Source: Verrucomicrobiota bacterium (lineage in GTDB: Bacteria > Verrucomicrobiota > Kiritimatiellia > CAIQIC01 > JAGNIJ01). From it: DNA of 64,000 bases. Position numbers and translations under genes: made by a program. The notes under the pieces were generated by a model. That model made no database searches and had not been told where the DNA came from. It worked only from the letters and a program-made list of their open reading frames with translations. The DNA is taken from the NCBI GenBank assembly GCA_036821485.1, contig DAISJM010000005.1:16815-80814 (forward strand). The letters run 5' to 3'. Shown here piece by piece: positions 35,592 through 46,226 of this stretch; position 1 is the first letter of the stretch, and every line of letters begins with the position of its first letter.

Positions 35592-36826
35592 GCCGGTTCC
35601 TCCTCGAGTTTCTCTATCATCACCAGCGTCACGCGCCGCTTGAGCATCTGCATAACCGTGGCGCGGCAACCCTGCGCTTCGACCACATCGTCGCGTTCGG
35701 GCAGATGCCCGATCTGCGCCGCGATCCAGCCGGCGAGCCGGTCGACATCTTCCGACTCGAGATTGAGCCCCAGTTTGCGGTTCAGGTCGGCGAGGCTGAT
35801 TTCCGCGTCGACCAGCCAGCGATTTGGCCCGGCGGCCTGGAACAGTGCGCGGGGCTTGCTCAGCTCGTTGTAAATCTCGCCGCTGATCTCCTCGAGAATA
35901 TCGCCGCGGGTCATGACGCCGGCGATACCGCCGTATTCATCCACGACCACGGCGATACGTCGGCGCTCGGCCTGCAGTTGCGGCAGCAGGCGCCCGAGAT
36001 CGACCGTTTCCGGGACGAAGTAAGGGGGCATCTTCGCCACCTCGAGCCGGTGTTGGGGATCGAGCAGGAACTTGCGGACGTCCACGAACCCTTCCACTTC
36101 GTCGAGTTGATTGCGGTAGAGAAGGAGGTAATTCACCTGCGACTTGCGCGCGATGTCGACCCATGTCGCCGGGTCGGATGAGAGATCGATGCCGACGAGG
36201 TCCACGCGGGGCGTCATCACGTCGCTCGCGCGGAGATCGTCGAGGCGGATGATGGACTTGATCATCGCCAGCTCGTCGCCGTTGAGAATGCCCTCTTCGG
36301 CGCTGATATCGACGACCGTCTCGAATTCCTCTGCGCTCAGGGTGCGGCCGTGCGGCCGGAAATAGTGTTCGAACTGGCGGGTGATCCTATCGAGTACGAT
36401 GCGCAGTGGGGTGACGGCCACAGTGAGGATCTCCACGGCGCGGTAGTAGTGTGCGGCAAGATTGCAGGCGAGAAACATACCGATGCGTTTGGGGCCGATC
36501 TCGCCGAAGATGATGATGAGGATGGTCATGGCCGGGATGGCGATCGATTCGCCGTGCGACTGGAAGTAGTACTCGGCGATGCGATACCCGACCGAGGAGG
36601 CGGCCACGTTGACGATGGTGTTACCGATTAGGATGGAGGACAGCAGGCGCGTCGGGTTGGACAGGATGGCGTGGATATGAGTGCCGGCGGCGGGTTTGGT
36701 CTGACCGATGCGGCGAATTTGGAGCGGATTAAGCGAAAAGAAGGCCGTTTCGGCGCTCGAGCAGAACGCCGAGCACACCAGCAATACGACCAGAACTGCG
36801 AAAAGCGCCAATACGTACACCGTCAA
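35588..36826 (-). CDS. CNNM/CorC/HlyC-family membrane protein (DUF21 + CBS pair + CorC_HlyC)
   Basis: 412 aa with the same architecture plus a C-terminal transporter-associated domain. Tandem paralog of the downstream gene. Confidence 0.8.
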   Translation of the reverse strand: MTVYVLALFAVLVVLLVCSAFCSSAETAFFSLNPLQIRRIGQTKPAAGTHIHAILSNPTRLLSSILIGNTIVNVAASSVGYRIAEYYFQSHGESIAIPAMTILIIIFGEIGPKRIGMFLACNLAAHYYRAVEILTVAVTPLRIVLDRITRQFEHYFRPHGRTLSAEEFETVVDISAEEGILNGDELAMIKSIIRLDDLRASDVMTPRVDLVGIDLSSDPATWVDIARKSQVNYLLLYRNQLDEVEGFVDVRKFLLDPQHRLEVAKMPPYFVPETVDLGRLLPQLQAERRRIAVVVDEYGGIAGVMTRGDILEEISGEIYNELSKPRALFQAAGPNRWLVDAEISLADLNRKLGLNLESEDVDRLAGWIAAQIGHLPERDDVVEAQGCRATVMQMLKRRVTLVMIEKLEEEPA

Positions 36827-36857
36827 ACCCCGTTCTCGATGGAAAACCGTCTCAAAC

Positions 36858-36885
36858 TTGAGTGAGTACCAGTAAACTATATAAT
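36858..36885 (+). promoter_or_regulatory. Candidate sigma-70 promoter (TTGAGT-N16-TATAAT) upstream of the yjbQ-like gene
   Basis: AT-rich stretch cttgagtgagtaccagtaaactatataat. It ends only ~9 nt before the ATG at 36895, so the transcript would be near-leaderless. Low confidence. Confidence 0.3.
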
Positions 36886-36894
36886 ACGCAGCCC

Positions 36895-37278
36895 ATGAAG
36901 CCTATTTCTATCCGGACGCGTCAGCACACGGAATTCGTCAATATCACGGCCCAGGTGCGGGAGGCTGCCGTGGCCCTGGGTCTGAAGGACGGGGCCGTCA
37001 CCGTGTTCGTGCCGCACACCACGGCGGGAGTCACCATCAACGAGAATGCGGACCCCGATGTCGTTTCCGATATGATCGCCGCACTGGAACGCATGGTGCC
37101 GTGGGAGGCGGGATACGCGCACGGCGAGGGGAACGCGGCGGCCCACGTGAAGGCCAGTCTTATGGGTTCCTCGGTCCGGGTGCTCGTCGAGGACGGCGCG
37201 CTCCAGCTCGGCACCTGGCAGGGCATCTACTTTTGCGAGTTCGACGGTCCCCGCCAGCGCCAGGTCTGGATCTCCTGA
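36895..37278 (+). CDS. YjbQ/UPF0047 family protein (secondary thiamine-phosphate synthase-like)
   Basis: ~127 aa. Sequence MKPISIRTRQHTEFVNITAQV...VFVPHTTAGVTINENADPDV...GHVKASLMGSSV characteristic of YjbQ. Confidence 0.75.
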   Translation: MKPISIRTRQHTEFVNITAQVREAAVALGLKDGAVTVFVPHTTAGVTINENADPDVVSDMIAALERMVPWEAGYAHGEGNAAAHVKASLMGSSVRVLVEDGALQLGTWQGIYFCEFDGPRQRQVWIS

Positions 37279-37354
37279 CCGCCCGCCTCATTGGCTTGCG
37301 ATGGGGTGTGTGCTGCAGTAACATGCGACAACTGATTTGGGTCCCGAGGTATTC

Positions 37355-39394
37355 ATGCACAGAAGTTTTTGGGCTGCGTTGGTGTTGGCTGCGTTGGTGA
37401 TCGGACTTCCGTTCGGTTGCGGCGGCCGCCCCGGCGAGCGCGACTTTCGTAATGGCGTCAAGGAGATCGATCGCGGCAACTATGTCCGCGGTATCACGCT
37501 GCTCGAAAAATCCATCACCAAGCGGCCCGGCAGCGACGACAACGCCATTGCCTACAATCTTCTCGGCGTCGCCTGTTGGAAGTTGGGCCAGGTTCAGCGC
37601 GCGACTGAAGCGTTTGAGTACAGCCGCCGGCTGAGTCCGACATTGTTCGAACCCACCTACAATCTGGCCTCGCTGCTGTTCGAGGGCGGCGACCTCGCCC
37701 GCGCGGCGACGCTGTTGGAAGAGGCGGCTGTGCTTGATACGCAGGACCCGCGCGCGCTGGAACTTCTCGGGAAGATTCACATGGACAAGGGCGAGTGGCA
37801 GGAGGCGCGTCGCGTGCTCTTCGGTGCGTACGCGCGCAGCCCGCAATCGCCCCGCGTGCTGACCGCGCTCGGCGTCATCGAAAGCAGAACCGGCGGCGCG
37901 GACAAGGCGATCTTCTATCTCATGCAGGCGTTGGAGAAGAAGCCGAGCTACGCGCCCGCGATTTTCAACCTGGCGGTTCTCTATCAGCGGGAACTGAAGG
38001 ATAACGAACAGGCGATCGCCTACTATCGTCGCTTTCTCGAATCGCCCGGCATCGATGCCGCGCATGTCGAGCAGGCGATGCAGGGACTCGAAGAGCTTGG
38101 CGCCGGTCAGCCCAAGCCGCCGCCCGCTCCGGAGCCGGTTGTTGCACCGCCTGTCGCTCAGCCGGTGGTGACGCCGCCGCCCGCGCCAGCGGCTGTCCCG
38201 CAGCCGGTTGCGGCACCCGTTCCCCCGCCTGCTGCCGAGCCCGCTACGCGCACCGCGGAAACCATCTTGAAGGAAGCGGCAGACGAAGCGTCGAAAGGGA
38301 AAGCGCAGTCGGCGTTGAACCTGTGTTTTGAAGCTGCGGCTCGCGCAGAGCGATCAAAGGACACGGCGCTGCAGGAGAAGGCGCTTCGCGAGGCCGTGCG
38401 TTTGTGCTTCGACCAAACGCGCGCGCATTACGCGCTCGGTCGGTTTCTTCTTGGGCAGAACGATGCGGAAGGGGCCGCGAAAGCCTACAAACAGGCCTTG
38501 GTGCTCGATCCAAAGTTCGCCATGGCCTATAGCGGCCTGGCCGAGGCGGCCGTGAAGACGGGCGAATTGGACACGGCGCTTGCGGCGATCAAGCAGGCCA
38601 CGCAGCTTGAGCCGAACAATCCGGATGTCTGGTGGACGCAGGCCGCCCTCTACGATCAGTTCAAACTTTCCGAGAAAGCCGTGCAGGCTTACCGCGATTT
38701 CGAAAAGCGCTTTCCGGGCGACGCGCGCGTGCTGAAGGCGGGTGAACGGATCAAGACCCTGGAACCGCCGCTGGCGCCTGCACCGGTTGTCACTCCGCCG
38801 CGTGCTGCGCCGACTCCCCGTGCCGCGGCGCCTGCGCCGATTCCGCCGGTGACGCCTCTGGCCGTGCCGGCGCGCGCTGCAGCGCCCGCATCAGGCCGGA
38901 CGCTGACCATCCGCAAGCCGCTCTTCCGCAATACGCATGCGGCGGTCCAGGCTTACAATCGCGGCGTGATTTATCAACAGCAGCAGGATTGGGACCGAGC
39001 GATCTACTACTACACACGTGCGGTGGAAAACGACGATACGTTCGCGACAGCGTTCTTCAACCTCGGGGCCGTCTACTGGAGCCGCGGCGAGTTGGACCTG
39101 GCACGCGATGCGTATGCGCATGCGGTGGAACTCCGGCCGGACATGGTCTCGGCGCGATACAATCTCGCCCTGGTGTTGCGTGAGCGGAAGGATCGTGCCG
39201 GTGCGATGGAGCAATTCAATGCCCTGCTGAAACTGAAGCCCGACTACGCGCCTGCACACTACGCGCTGGGCATGATGTATGCCGAGGATACGGGAACGCT
39301 CGCGCAAGCGAAGCGACACTACCAGGAATTCCTCAAACTGGCGCCGACGGATCCCTCCGCGCCGACCGTCAAGGGCTGGCTCGATACGCACTGA
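37355..39394 (+). CDS. Large TPR-repeat lipoprotein with Pro-rich linkers
   Basis: Lipobox-like LVIGLPFGCGG, more than 10 TPR-like repeats, and Pro/Ala/Val-rich spacers (PPPAPEPVVAPPVAQPVVTPPPAPAAVP...). ORF from 37337. Confidence 0.6.
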   Translation: MHRSFWAALVLAALVIGLPFGCGGRPGERDFRNGVKEIDRGNYVRGITLLEKSITKRPGSDDNAIAYNLLGVACWKLGQVQRATEAFEYSRRLSPTLFEPTYNLASLLFEGGDLARAATLLEEAAVLDTQDPRALELLGKIHMDKGEWQEARRVLFGAYARSPQSPRVLTALGVIESRTGGADKAIFYLMQALEKKPSYAPAIFNLAVLYQRELKDNEQAIAYYRRFLESPGIDAAHVEQAMQGLEELGAGQPKPPPAPEPVVAPPVAQPVVTPPPAPAAVPQPVAAPVPPPAAEPATRTAETILKEAADEASKGKAQSALNLCFEAAARAERSKDTALQEKALREAVRLCFDQTRAHYALGRFLLGQNDAEGAAKAYKQALVLDPKFAMAYSGLAEAAVKTGELDTALAAIKQATQLEPNNPDVWWTQAALYDQFKLSEKAVQAYRDFEKRFPGDARVLKAGERIKTLEPPLAPAPVVTPPRAAPTPRAAAPAPIPPVTPLAVPARAAAPASGRTLTIRKPLFRNTHAAVQAYNRGVIYQQQQDWDRAIYYYTRAVENDDTFATAFFNLGAVYWSRGELDLARDAYAHAVELRPDMVSARYNLALVLRERKDRAGAMEQFNALLKLKPDYAPAHYALGMMYAEDTGTLAQAKRHYQEFLKLAPTDPSAPTVKGWLDTH

Positions 39395-39455
39395 GCCCGG
39401 ACATCGCACGAGCAGAAATGGCGATGGGGTGGATGGCTGCGGAGATTCCTCGTCA

Positions 39456-39474
39456 CCCCGATGCGGCATCGGGG
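39456..39474. terminator. GC hairpin between convergent TPR gene and dnaE (candidate bidirectional terminator, no U-tract)
   Basis: CCCCGAT-gcggc-ATCGGGG. Confidence 0.35.
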
Positions 39475-39506
39475 CTTCTCGGAATGACAGATCGTAGGCT
39501 CAACTG

Positions 39507-42500
39507 TCAGCCCGACTGGGTTCGGCGCGCGGCCCATTGTTTTCCGTTGCGGCCGCTGTTGGGTTTGCGGCAAGGGCGCTTGCAGACACCGATGTAGACG
39601 CTGTCCTCACCGATGGCGTGTTCGATCTCGCGCACAAACTTCTCGGTGGCCGCGGCCTTGTACTGGCGGTTGGTTTCGACGAAGACTTTCTCGCCGGTTG
39701 GAAATTCCAGGCAGATATGCACGGCCGTCTCGCCCGGATGGCGGCCGAGAATCTCCTTCACCTTCAGCAGCTTGCCGTCGTCGAGGCCCGCGGCGGGCAG
39801 ATGGACGCTGATGCGCTCGGTGAAATAGCGGTGTACTTCCTTGAGGGGGTAAACCTCGTAAGCCTTGATGCGGACGCCCTGTTCCTCCTTCGAGACTTCG
39901 CCGCAGACCATGACCGGCGCGGCCTCCTGCAGGTAGACGCCGAACTCGCGGTAGGTGTCGGGAAAGGCCACGACTTCGACGGAGCCGTTGAGATGTTCCA
40001 GTCTGAACACGCCGAAGGGCTCCTGCTTGGCCTTGGTGAACCGCTTCTGGAGTTGCGTGGCAAGTCCACCGACGCGCGTCACCGTGCCGGGCTCAAGTGT
40101 CTCCAGATGCTTTGCCTCGACCAGGCTGAATTTCGTCAGCGCCCATTCGTGCGCCGTCAGCGGGTGGCCGGAGATGTAGAAGCCGAGCAGTTCGCGCTCG
40201 GCCGCCAGCATATCGCTCTCGGGCCACGGGTCACCCGGCGGCAACTCGTCGGGGGATGCCGAACCGGCGGTGGTGCCCAGCATATCGAAGAGAGAAGTCT
40301 GTCCGGACTGTTGATCGCGATGCTGTTCGGCCGCGCGGTTGATGGCGAAGTCGAGCCCGGCAGAGAGGCGGCCGCGTGACATGCCGGTAAAGTCAAAGGC
40401 CCCGCACTTGATCAGGCTTTCCAGCGTCTTGCGATTCACGAGTTGGGAATCGATGCGCAGGCAAAAATCCACAAGACCCAGGAAAGGTCCGCGGGCCTCA
40501 CGTTCGCGGATGATAGCCTCCACGGCGCCGACGCCCACGTTCTTGATGCCGGCCATGCCGTAGCGGATGCCGTTGCCGACGGGTTTGAAACGAACATCGC
40601 TGTCGTTGACGTTGGGCGGCAGTACCTCGATGCCCATCTCCTGCGCTTCGGCCACGAGCACGGGGAGCTTGTCCGTGTTGCCGATTTCGCTGGAGAGCAG
40701 GGCGGACACGAACTCGACGGGGTAGTGGGCCTTGAGATAGGCGGTCTGCCACGACACGACCGCGTAGGCGGCGCTGTGCGACTTGTTGAAGCCATAGCCC
40801 GCAAACTTCTCGATGTTGTCGAAAATCTTTTCGGCGATGCGCGCCGGAATCTTGTTGGTCTTGGCGCAGCCCTGCACGAACTTGTCGCGCATCGACGCCA
40901 TTTCCTTCGGGTCCTTTTTGCCCATCGCGCGGCGGAGAACATCGCCCTGACCGAGGCTGAATCCCGCGAGCACGTTGGCCGCCTGCTGGACCTGCTCCTG
41001 GTAGAGCATGACGCCGTGCGTTTCCTTGAGGATGGGTTCGAGGAGCGGGTGATCGTACGCGAGTTTGACCTTGCCGTGCTTGCGGTTGACGTAATCGTCG
41101 AGCATCTTCATCGGGCCCGGCCGGAAGAGCGCGATCATGGCGATCAGGTCCTCGAACCGCGTCAAACCGATGCGGCGGAGGAGGTCCCTCATGCCCTTAC
41201 TTTCCACCTGGAACACGCCGACGGTATCGCCGCGGTTGAGCAGCTCGAATGTCGCGGCGTCGTCCATCGGCAGGGCCGCCATGTCCAATTTGACGTTCTT
41301 ACAGCGGGCGATGTGTTCGACGGCTTCCTGGATGACCGTGAGCGTTTTCAGGCCGAGGAAGTCCATCTTGAGCAGGCCGATGAGGCCGAGAGGCTTCATC
41401 TCAAGTTGGGTGATGGTCTGGCCGTCTTTATCGCGCGTGAGCGGGACGATATCGATCAGCGGCCGTTCGCCGATCACGACGCCGGCGGCATGGGTGCCCT
41501 GGTTGCGCGGCAGGCCCTCGAGCACCGTCGCATATTTCATGATCCGCCGCGCGTTCGGATCTTTCTCCACGGCTTCGCTGAACTCGGGATTTGCCTTGAG
41601 CGCCTTCTCCAGCGTCATGTTCGGGTCTTCCGGGATCATCTTGGCGAGGCGGTCGCACTCGCTGAGCGGAATTTCGAGGGCCCGCCCGATGTCGCGGATC
41701 ACGGTCTTGGCGCCGAGCGTGCCGAAGGTGATGATCTGGGCCACGTTGTCGCGGCCATACTTCTGCCGGACATATTCGATCACCTCGCCGCGCCGGACCT
41801 GGCAGAAATCGATATCGAAATCCGGCGGGGATACGCGCTCGGGATTCAGGAATCGCTCAAAGATGAGGTTGTAGCGGAGCGGGTCGATGCCGGTGATGCC
41901 GAGGGCGTAGGCGACGATGCTGCCGGCGCCGGAACCGCGCCCGGGGCCGACCGGAATGTTCTGTTCATGGGCGAAGCGGATGAAATCCCAGACCACCAGG
42001 AAATAGTTGATGAACCCGGTCTTCTCGATGACGTCCATTTCGAAGAGGAAGCGGTCGCGGATACGCCGTTCCTCGTCGTTGGCGGGCTTCTCGATGTTGG
42101 TCACGCCGTAGCGTTGCTTCAGCCCGTCGATGGCCAACTGGGTCAGGTACTGCTTTTCATGAAGATTGCCCGGGATGTCGAATTTCGGGAAGTGCAAATC
42201 CTTGTCCAGCCGCAGGTCGACATTGCAGCGCGCGGCGATGGCCACGGTGTTCTCGATGGCCCCGGGGTAGTCGCCGAACAGTTCCTGCATCTCCGCGCCG
42301 CTCTTCATATAGAACTGGTCGGAGGAATACTTCATGCGGTTTGGATCGGTCATCACGGTCTGCGTCTGGAGGCAGAGGAGGACCTCATGCGCCTCGGCGT
42401 GCTCCTTCTTAAGGTAATGCACGTCGTTGGTGGCGATGAGGGGCAGGCCGGTCCGCTTGGCCACTTCGAGCACGCCGCGATTCACGATCCGCTGCTCGGG

Positions 42501-43049
42501 AATGCCGTGGTCCTGCACCTCGAGGAAGAAGTTGTTCTTACCGAAAATCTCGCTGTACTCGTTGGCCACGCGCACCGCGCCGTCCAAATCGTTGGCCAGA
42601 CAGAGGCTGGCCACTTCGCCCTTCAAACAGCTCGACAGGGCGATCAGTCCCTTGGAATGCTTGCGTAGCAACTCCTTGTCAACACGAGGCTTATAATAGA
42701 ATCCTTCGAGGGATGCGAGGGAGATGAGGCGGATGAGATTGCTATAGCCCGCATCGTTTTCCGCGAGCAGCACGAGGTGGTGCATGGGGGTCCGGCCCGT
42801 GGCGGATTTCCGTTCCAGCATGCTGCCGGCCGTGACGTAGGTTTCGCAGCCCAGCACGGGCTTGATGCCGCTGCTCTTGGCCTTCTTGTAGAAATCGACT
42901 ACGCCATAGAGCGTGCCGTGGTCGGTGATGGCCACGGAATTCATGCCCAGTTCGTGCGCCGTCTCCATCACGCGATCGATCTGGCAGGCGCCATCGAGCA
43001 GGCTGTATTCCGTATGGAAATGAAGATGTACGAACGGTACGTTTTTCAC
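39507..43049 (-). CDS. dnaE: DNA polymerase III alpha subunit DnaE
   Basis: 1180 aa. PHP N-terminus VHLHFHTEYSLLDGA, and polymerase core motifs GPGRGSGAGS and FERFLNPERVSPPDFDIDF. Confidence 0.95.
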   Translation of the reverse strand: MKNVPFVHLHFHTEYSLLDGACQIDRVMETAHELGMNSVAITDHGTLYGVVDFYKKAKSSGIKPVLGCETYVTAGSMLERKSATGRTPMHHLVLLAENDAGYSNLIRLISLASLEGFYYKPRVDKELLRKHSKGLIALSSCLKGEVASLCLANDLDGAVRVANEYSEIFGKNNFFLEVQDHGIPEQRIVNRGVLEVAKRTGLPLIATNDVHYLKKEHAEAHEVLLCLQTQTVMTDPNRMKYSSDQFYMKSGAEMQELFGDYPGAIENTVAIAARCNVDLRLDKDLHFPKFDIPGNLHEKQYLTQLAIDGLKQRYGVTNIEKPANDEERRIRDRFLFEMDVIEKTGFINYFLVVWDFIRFAHEQNIPVGPGRGSGAGSIVAYALGITGIDPLRYNLIFERFLNPERVSPPDFDIDFCQVRRGEVIEYVRQKYGRDNVAQIITFGTLGAKTVIRDIGRALEIPLSECDRLAKMIPEDPNMTLEKALKANPEFSEAVEKDPNARRIMKYATVLEGLPRNQGTHAAGVVIGERPLIDIVPLTRDKDGQTITQLEMKPLGLIGLLKMDFLGLKTLTVIQEAVEHIARCKNVKLDMAALPMDDAATFELLNRGDTVGVFQVESKGMRDLLRRIGLTRFEDLIAMIALFRPGPMKMLDDYVNRKHGKVKLAYDHPLLEPILKETHGVMLYQEQVQQAANVLAGFSLGQGDVLRRAMGKKDPKEMASMRDKFVQGCAKTNKIPARIAEKIFDNIEKFAGYGFNKSHSAAYAVVSWQTAYLKAHYPVEFVSALLSSEIGNTDKLPVLVAEAQEMGIEVLPPNVNDSDVRFKPVGNGIRYGMAGIKNVGVGAVEAIIREREARGPFLGLVDFCLRIDSQLVNRKTLESLIKCGAFDFTGMSRGRLSAGLDFAINRAAEQHRDQQSGQTSLFDMLGTTAGSASPDELPPGDPWPESDMLAAERELLGFYISGHPLTAHEWALTKFSLVEAKHLETLEPGTVTRVGGLATQLQKRFTKAKQEPFGVFRLEHLNGSVEVVAFPDTYREFGVYLQEAAPVMVCGEVSKEEQGVRIKAYEVYPLKEVHRYFTERISVHLPAAGLDDGKLLKVKEILGRHPGETAVHICLEFPTGEKVFVETNRQYKAAATEKFVREIEHAIGEDSVYIGVCKRPCRKPNSGRNGKQWAARRTQSG

Positions 43050-43256
43050 GAATAAATCCGGAGCCGGGTCCCTGAAACCATTGTACGCTCTGATGTCGAG
43101 TTATACCGCATCTCGACGTCAAAGCAACCCCAAGTCCGCGCGCAGCCGGGCCATTCTCTCCAAGCACTTGATGTGGCGGCGCTTCGGAGCGAAGAAAAGC
43201 CGGGGCATCGGACGCCCCCTGTTTCCAGCCTTTTCGGACGCCGGCCAACTTTGCTA

Positions 43257-43285
43257 TTGACCTTTCACGCGCTGGGGGCGATATT
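43257..43285 (+). promoter_or_regulatory. Candidate sigma-70 promoter (TTGACC-N17-GATATT) upstream of fusA
   Basis: Lies in the 277-bp divergent region between dnaE and fusA, ~50 nt upstream of the ATG, with an RBS-like gaggtgg. Confidence 0.4.
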
Positions 43286-43338
43286 CCCGCCCCTTTTGAA
43301 CGGCTTCAGGTGCCGTTCGTTATCGGGTGAGGTGGATC

Positions 43339-45426
43339 ATGGCTAGACAGATACCTATTTCGAGGATCAGGAACATCGGCATCATGGCGCATATCGATGC
43401 CGGCAAGACCACGGTCAGCGAGCGCATCCTCTTTTACACGGGGAAAACGCACAAGCTGGGCGAGGTCCATGAGGGCGCCACGCAGCTCGACTGGATGCCC
43501 CAGGAGCGCGAGCGCGGTATCACCATTACGTCGGCCGCCACGACCACCACCTGGAAGGATCACCAGATTACGCTGATCGACACCCCAGGGCACGTGGACT
43601 TCACGGTCGAAGTCGAACGCAGTCTGCGCGTGCTCGATGGCGCCATCGCACTCTTCTGCGCGGTCGGCGGCGTCGAACCCCAGTCCGAGAAGGTCTGGCA
43701 CCAGAGCGAGAAGTACAATGTGCCCAAGATCGCCTTTATCAACAAGATGGACCGTACCGGCGCCGACTTCTTCGGCGTGCTGGGGGAGATTCAGAATGAA
43801 CTGGGCGCCAACGCCGTGCCCGTCGTTGTTCCCATCGGCAAGGAAGAGAATTTCTGCGGCATCATCGACCTCGTTATGATGAAAGCCGTGTTCTACGATG
43901 AAGACTCCCAGGGCACCCGTTTCCGCGAGGAAGAAATCCCCGCGGACAAGATGGAAAAGGCGCGGAAGTGGCGTGCCAACCTCGTGGAAAAGTGCGCCGA
44001 ACAGGACGATTCGTTGATCGAGAAGTTTCTCGAAACGGGCGATCTAACCCAGGAGGAGATCATCGGCATCCTGCGCAAGGCGACCATGGCGCGCCGCGTG
44101 GTTCCCGTTTATTGCGGTTCCGCGTTCAAGAACAAGGGTATCCAGCGCCTGCTCGACGGCGTGCTCCGTTGCCTGCCGGCGCCCAACGAGATTCCGCCCA
44201 TCATTTGCGCCAAGGAGCAGGAAGCCAACATCCGCGAGCCGACCGATGACTCGCCGTTCTCCGCCGTGGCGTTCAAGATCATGGCCGACAAGCACATGGG
44301 CAAGTTGACGTACTGCCGCATCTACTCCGGCACCCTCTCGCAGGGCGACACCGTCTACAACAGCACGCGCGACAAGACCCAGCGCATTGGCCGCATCCTC
44401 CGCATGCATGCGAATCGACAGGAGCCGATCGAGAAGGCGTTCTGCGGCGACATTGTCGCCATCGTTGGCCTGAGCGACACCAAGACCGGTGACACGATTT
44501 GCCACGAAGATCATCCGATCCACCTGGAAGCCATCGAGTTCCCGGCACCTGTTGTGTCCATCAGCATCTCGCCGGAGAGCACCGCCGACAACGAGCGGCT
44601 GGGCGAGGCCCTGCACCGGCTGGCCGACGAGGATCCGACGTTCACGGTTTCTTTCGACAAGGAAACCAACGAGACGATCATCTCCGGCATGGGCGAACTC
44701 CACCTGGAAATCATCGTGGACCGGCTCAAGCGCGAGTTCAACGTCTCCGCCAAGGTGGGCCGGCCGGAAGTTGCGTACCGCGAAACCACCACCGTGGCGA
44801 CCGAAGGTCAGGGCAAGTACGTCAAGCAGTCCGGCGGTCACGGCCAATACGGCGACGTTTGGCTGCGGCTTGAACCATTGGATGCCGGTGGCGGCTACGA
44901 GTTCGTCGACGATATCGTCGGCGGCAGCATCCCGCAGAACTTCATTCCGGCCGTCCAGAAGGGCGTCGTCAAGGCCATGGCCCACGGCCCGTTCGCGGGG
45001 TACCCCGTGGTGGACCTGCGCGTCACGCTGTTCGACGGTTCGTACCACGACGTCGATTCGAGCGACATCGCCTTCCAGGAAGCGGCGCGTATCGCGTTCA
45101 AGAATCTGTTCCTCAAGGGCCAGCCGGAATTGATCGAGCCCATCATGTCGATCGAAGTGGTCACGCCCGAGGAGTTCATGGGTCCGGCCACCAGCTCGAT
45201 CTGTCAGCGCCGCGGTCGCATCGAATCGATGGAGCGCAAGGGCGAGCTGCAGATCATCCACGGCATGGTGCCGCTGGCGGAAATGTTCGGCTACTCCAAC
45301 GCGCTCCGGACCCTGACGCAGGGCCGCGCCAACTTCAGCATGCACTTCGAACACTACGAAGCCGTGCCGGATGCTCTCGCGACGACGATTGTCGAAAAGC
45401 GCCGCCTCGAGAAGAAAGTTCGCTGA
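43339..45426 (+). CDS. fusA: Elongation factor G (EF-G)
   Basis: [22 protein letters not shown] and NKMDR GTPase motifs. Full five-domain length of 695 aa from the Met at 43339. Confidence 0.95.
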   Translation: MARQIPISRIRNIGIMAHIDAGKTTVSERILFYTGKTHKLGEVHEGATQLDWMPQERERGITITSAATTTTWKDHQITLIDTPGHVDFTVEVERSLRVLDGAIALFCAVGGVEPQSEKVWHQSEKYNVPKIAFINKMDRTGADFFGVLGEIQNELGANAVPVVVPIGKEENFCGIIDLVMMKAVFYDEDSQGTRFREEEIPADKMEKARKWRANLVEKCAEQDDSLIEKFLETGDLTQEEIIGILRKATMARRVVPVYCGSAFKNKGIQRLLDGVLRCLPAPNEIPPIICAKEQEANIREPTDDSPFSAVAFKIMADKHMGKLTYCRIYSGTLSQGDTVYNSTRDKTQRIGRILRMHANRQEPIEKAFCGDIVAIVGLSDTKTGDTICHEDHPIHLEAIEFPAPVVSISISPESTADNERLGEALHRLADEDPTFTVSFDKETNETIISGMGELHLEIIVDRLKREFNVSAKVGRPEVAYRETTTVATEGQGKYVKQSGGHGQYGDVWLRLEPLDAGGGYEFVDDIVGGSIPQNFIPAVQKGVVKAMAHGPFAGYPVVDLRVTLFDGSYHDVDSSDIAFQEAARIAFKNLFLKGQPELIEPIMSIEVVTPEEFMGPATSSICQRRGRIESMERKGELQIIHGMVPLAEMFGYSNALRTLTQGRANFSMHFEHYEAVPDALATTIVEKRRLEKKVR

Positions 45427-45530
45427 TCATCCGCGTGTTCCGCGGTTACTGACGGCTGTCTGTGGCGTCAAAACGCCGCAGATGCACTTTCTTCTTGCGC
45501 GGGGGGGCGGTGAGGGATAGACATAGGGTC

Positions 45531-46208
45531 ATGAGCGCGGACATTGCTTATCCTACTTCCAGCGGCCCCCGAAAAATCAACATCCTGGTTTTGTGCATTC
45601 ATCCCGAGTTGGGTGAGGCCTTTTTGCAGAGCGTGTGCACCGGCGCGTCTGGGACCAGTGGCGAAACGGTGGTCGAAAACCGCCCGATCCAGATGGAAGT
45701 GCTCGCGGGCGACCCCCGCCTCACGCCCACCTGGGACGAGAGCCTGAAGAAAGCCGATGCGATTGCGCTCCTCGTCCGCTTTCTCGATGTCATCTCGCTC
45801 GACAAGATCCGCGCCATTTACCGCCGGCTCCCCAGCGAGCGGACTTCCCCGATGTCTGTCGTCCTCTTCCGCGAGGAAGGGGAAATCGATTTCAAGATGA
45901 GCTGCCCCGCGTGCGGCCAGAAGCTGTGGGTGCGCGATACGGACATCGGCAAACGCGGCCGTTGCCCGAACTGCAAGAAGGCCTTCAAGCTTCCGTCGCA
46001 GGCCGGCCATCTCAAGTCTCAGCTCATGCTGCCCGACGCCGTGCCCGCGCTGACCGTCGTGCGCGGCAAGCCGGCCACCTGCCGCGGCGCCCTCGCGAGC
46101 CTTCTGGCCTACCTCAGCGGCACCATCGTGCCGGGGGCCGAGAAGCTCGACCAGGAAACGCTCAAGAAGACCACCGTCCGCGTCCAGATTCAGGACACGG
46201 AGAGCTGA
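45531..46208 (+). CDS. Hypothetical protein: N-terminal alpha/beta (pseudo-receiver/pseudo-GTPase-like) domain + MJ0042-type zinc ribbon
   Basis: Alternating beta-strand/helix pattern (KINILVLC..., ADAIALLVRF..., MSVVLFREEG) with no P-loop or phospho-acceptor Asp pair. Zinc ribbon CPACGQKLWVRDTDIGKRGRCPNCKKAFKLP. Start chosen at MSADIAY (ORF from 45462). Confidence 0.45.
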   Translation: MSADIAYPTSSGPRKINILVLCIHPELGEAFLQSVCTGASGTSGETVVENRPIQMEVLAGDPRLTPTWDESLKKADAIALLVRFLDVISLDKIRAIYRRLPSERTSPMSVVLFREEGEIDFKMSCPACGQKLWVRDTDIGKRGRCPNCKKAFKLPSQAGHLKSQLMLPDAVPALTVVRGKPATCRGALASLLAYLSGTIVPGAEKLDQETLKKTTVRVQIQDTES

Positions 46209-46226
46209 TCGGGCGGTTCGACACCT

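Noticed and set aside
40443-42668. 741-aa + strand ORF inside dnaE
   Set aside because: Antisense to DnaE. Asp/Gly/Ala/Val-rich shadow.
44044-45354. 436-aa minus-strand ORF and several + strand alternative frames inside fusA
   Set aside because: Antisense or alternate frame of EF-G.
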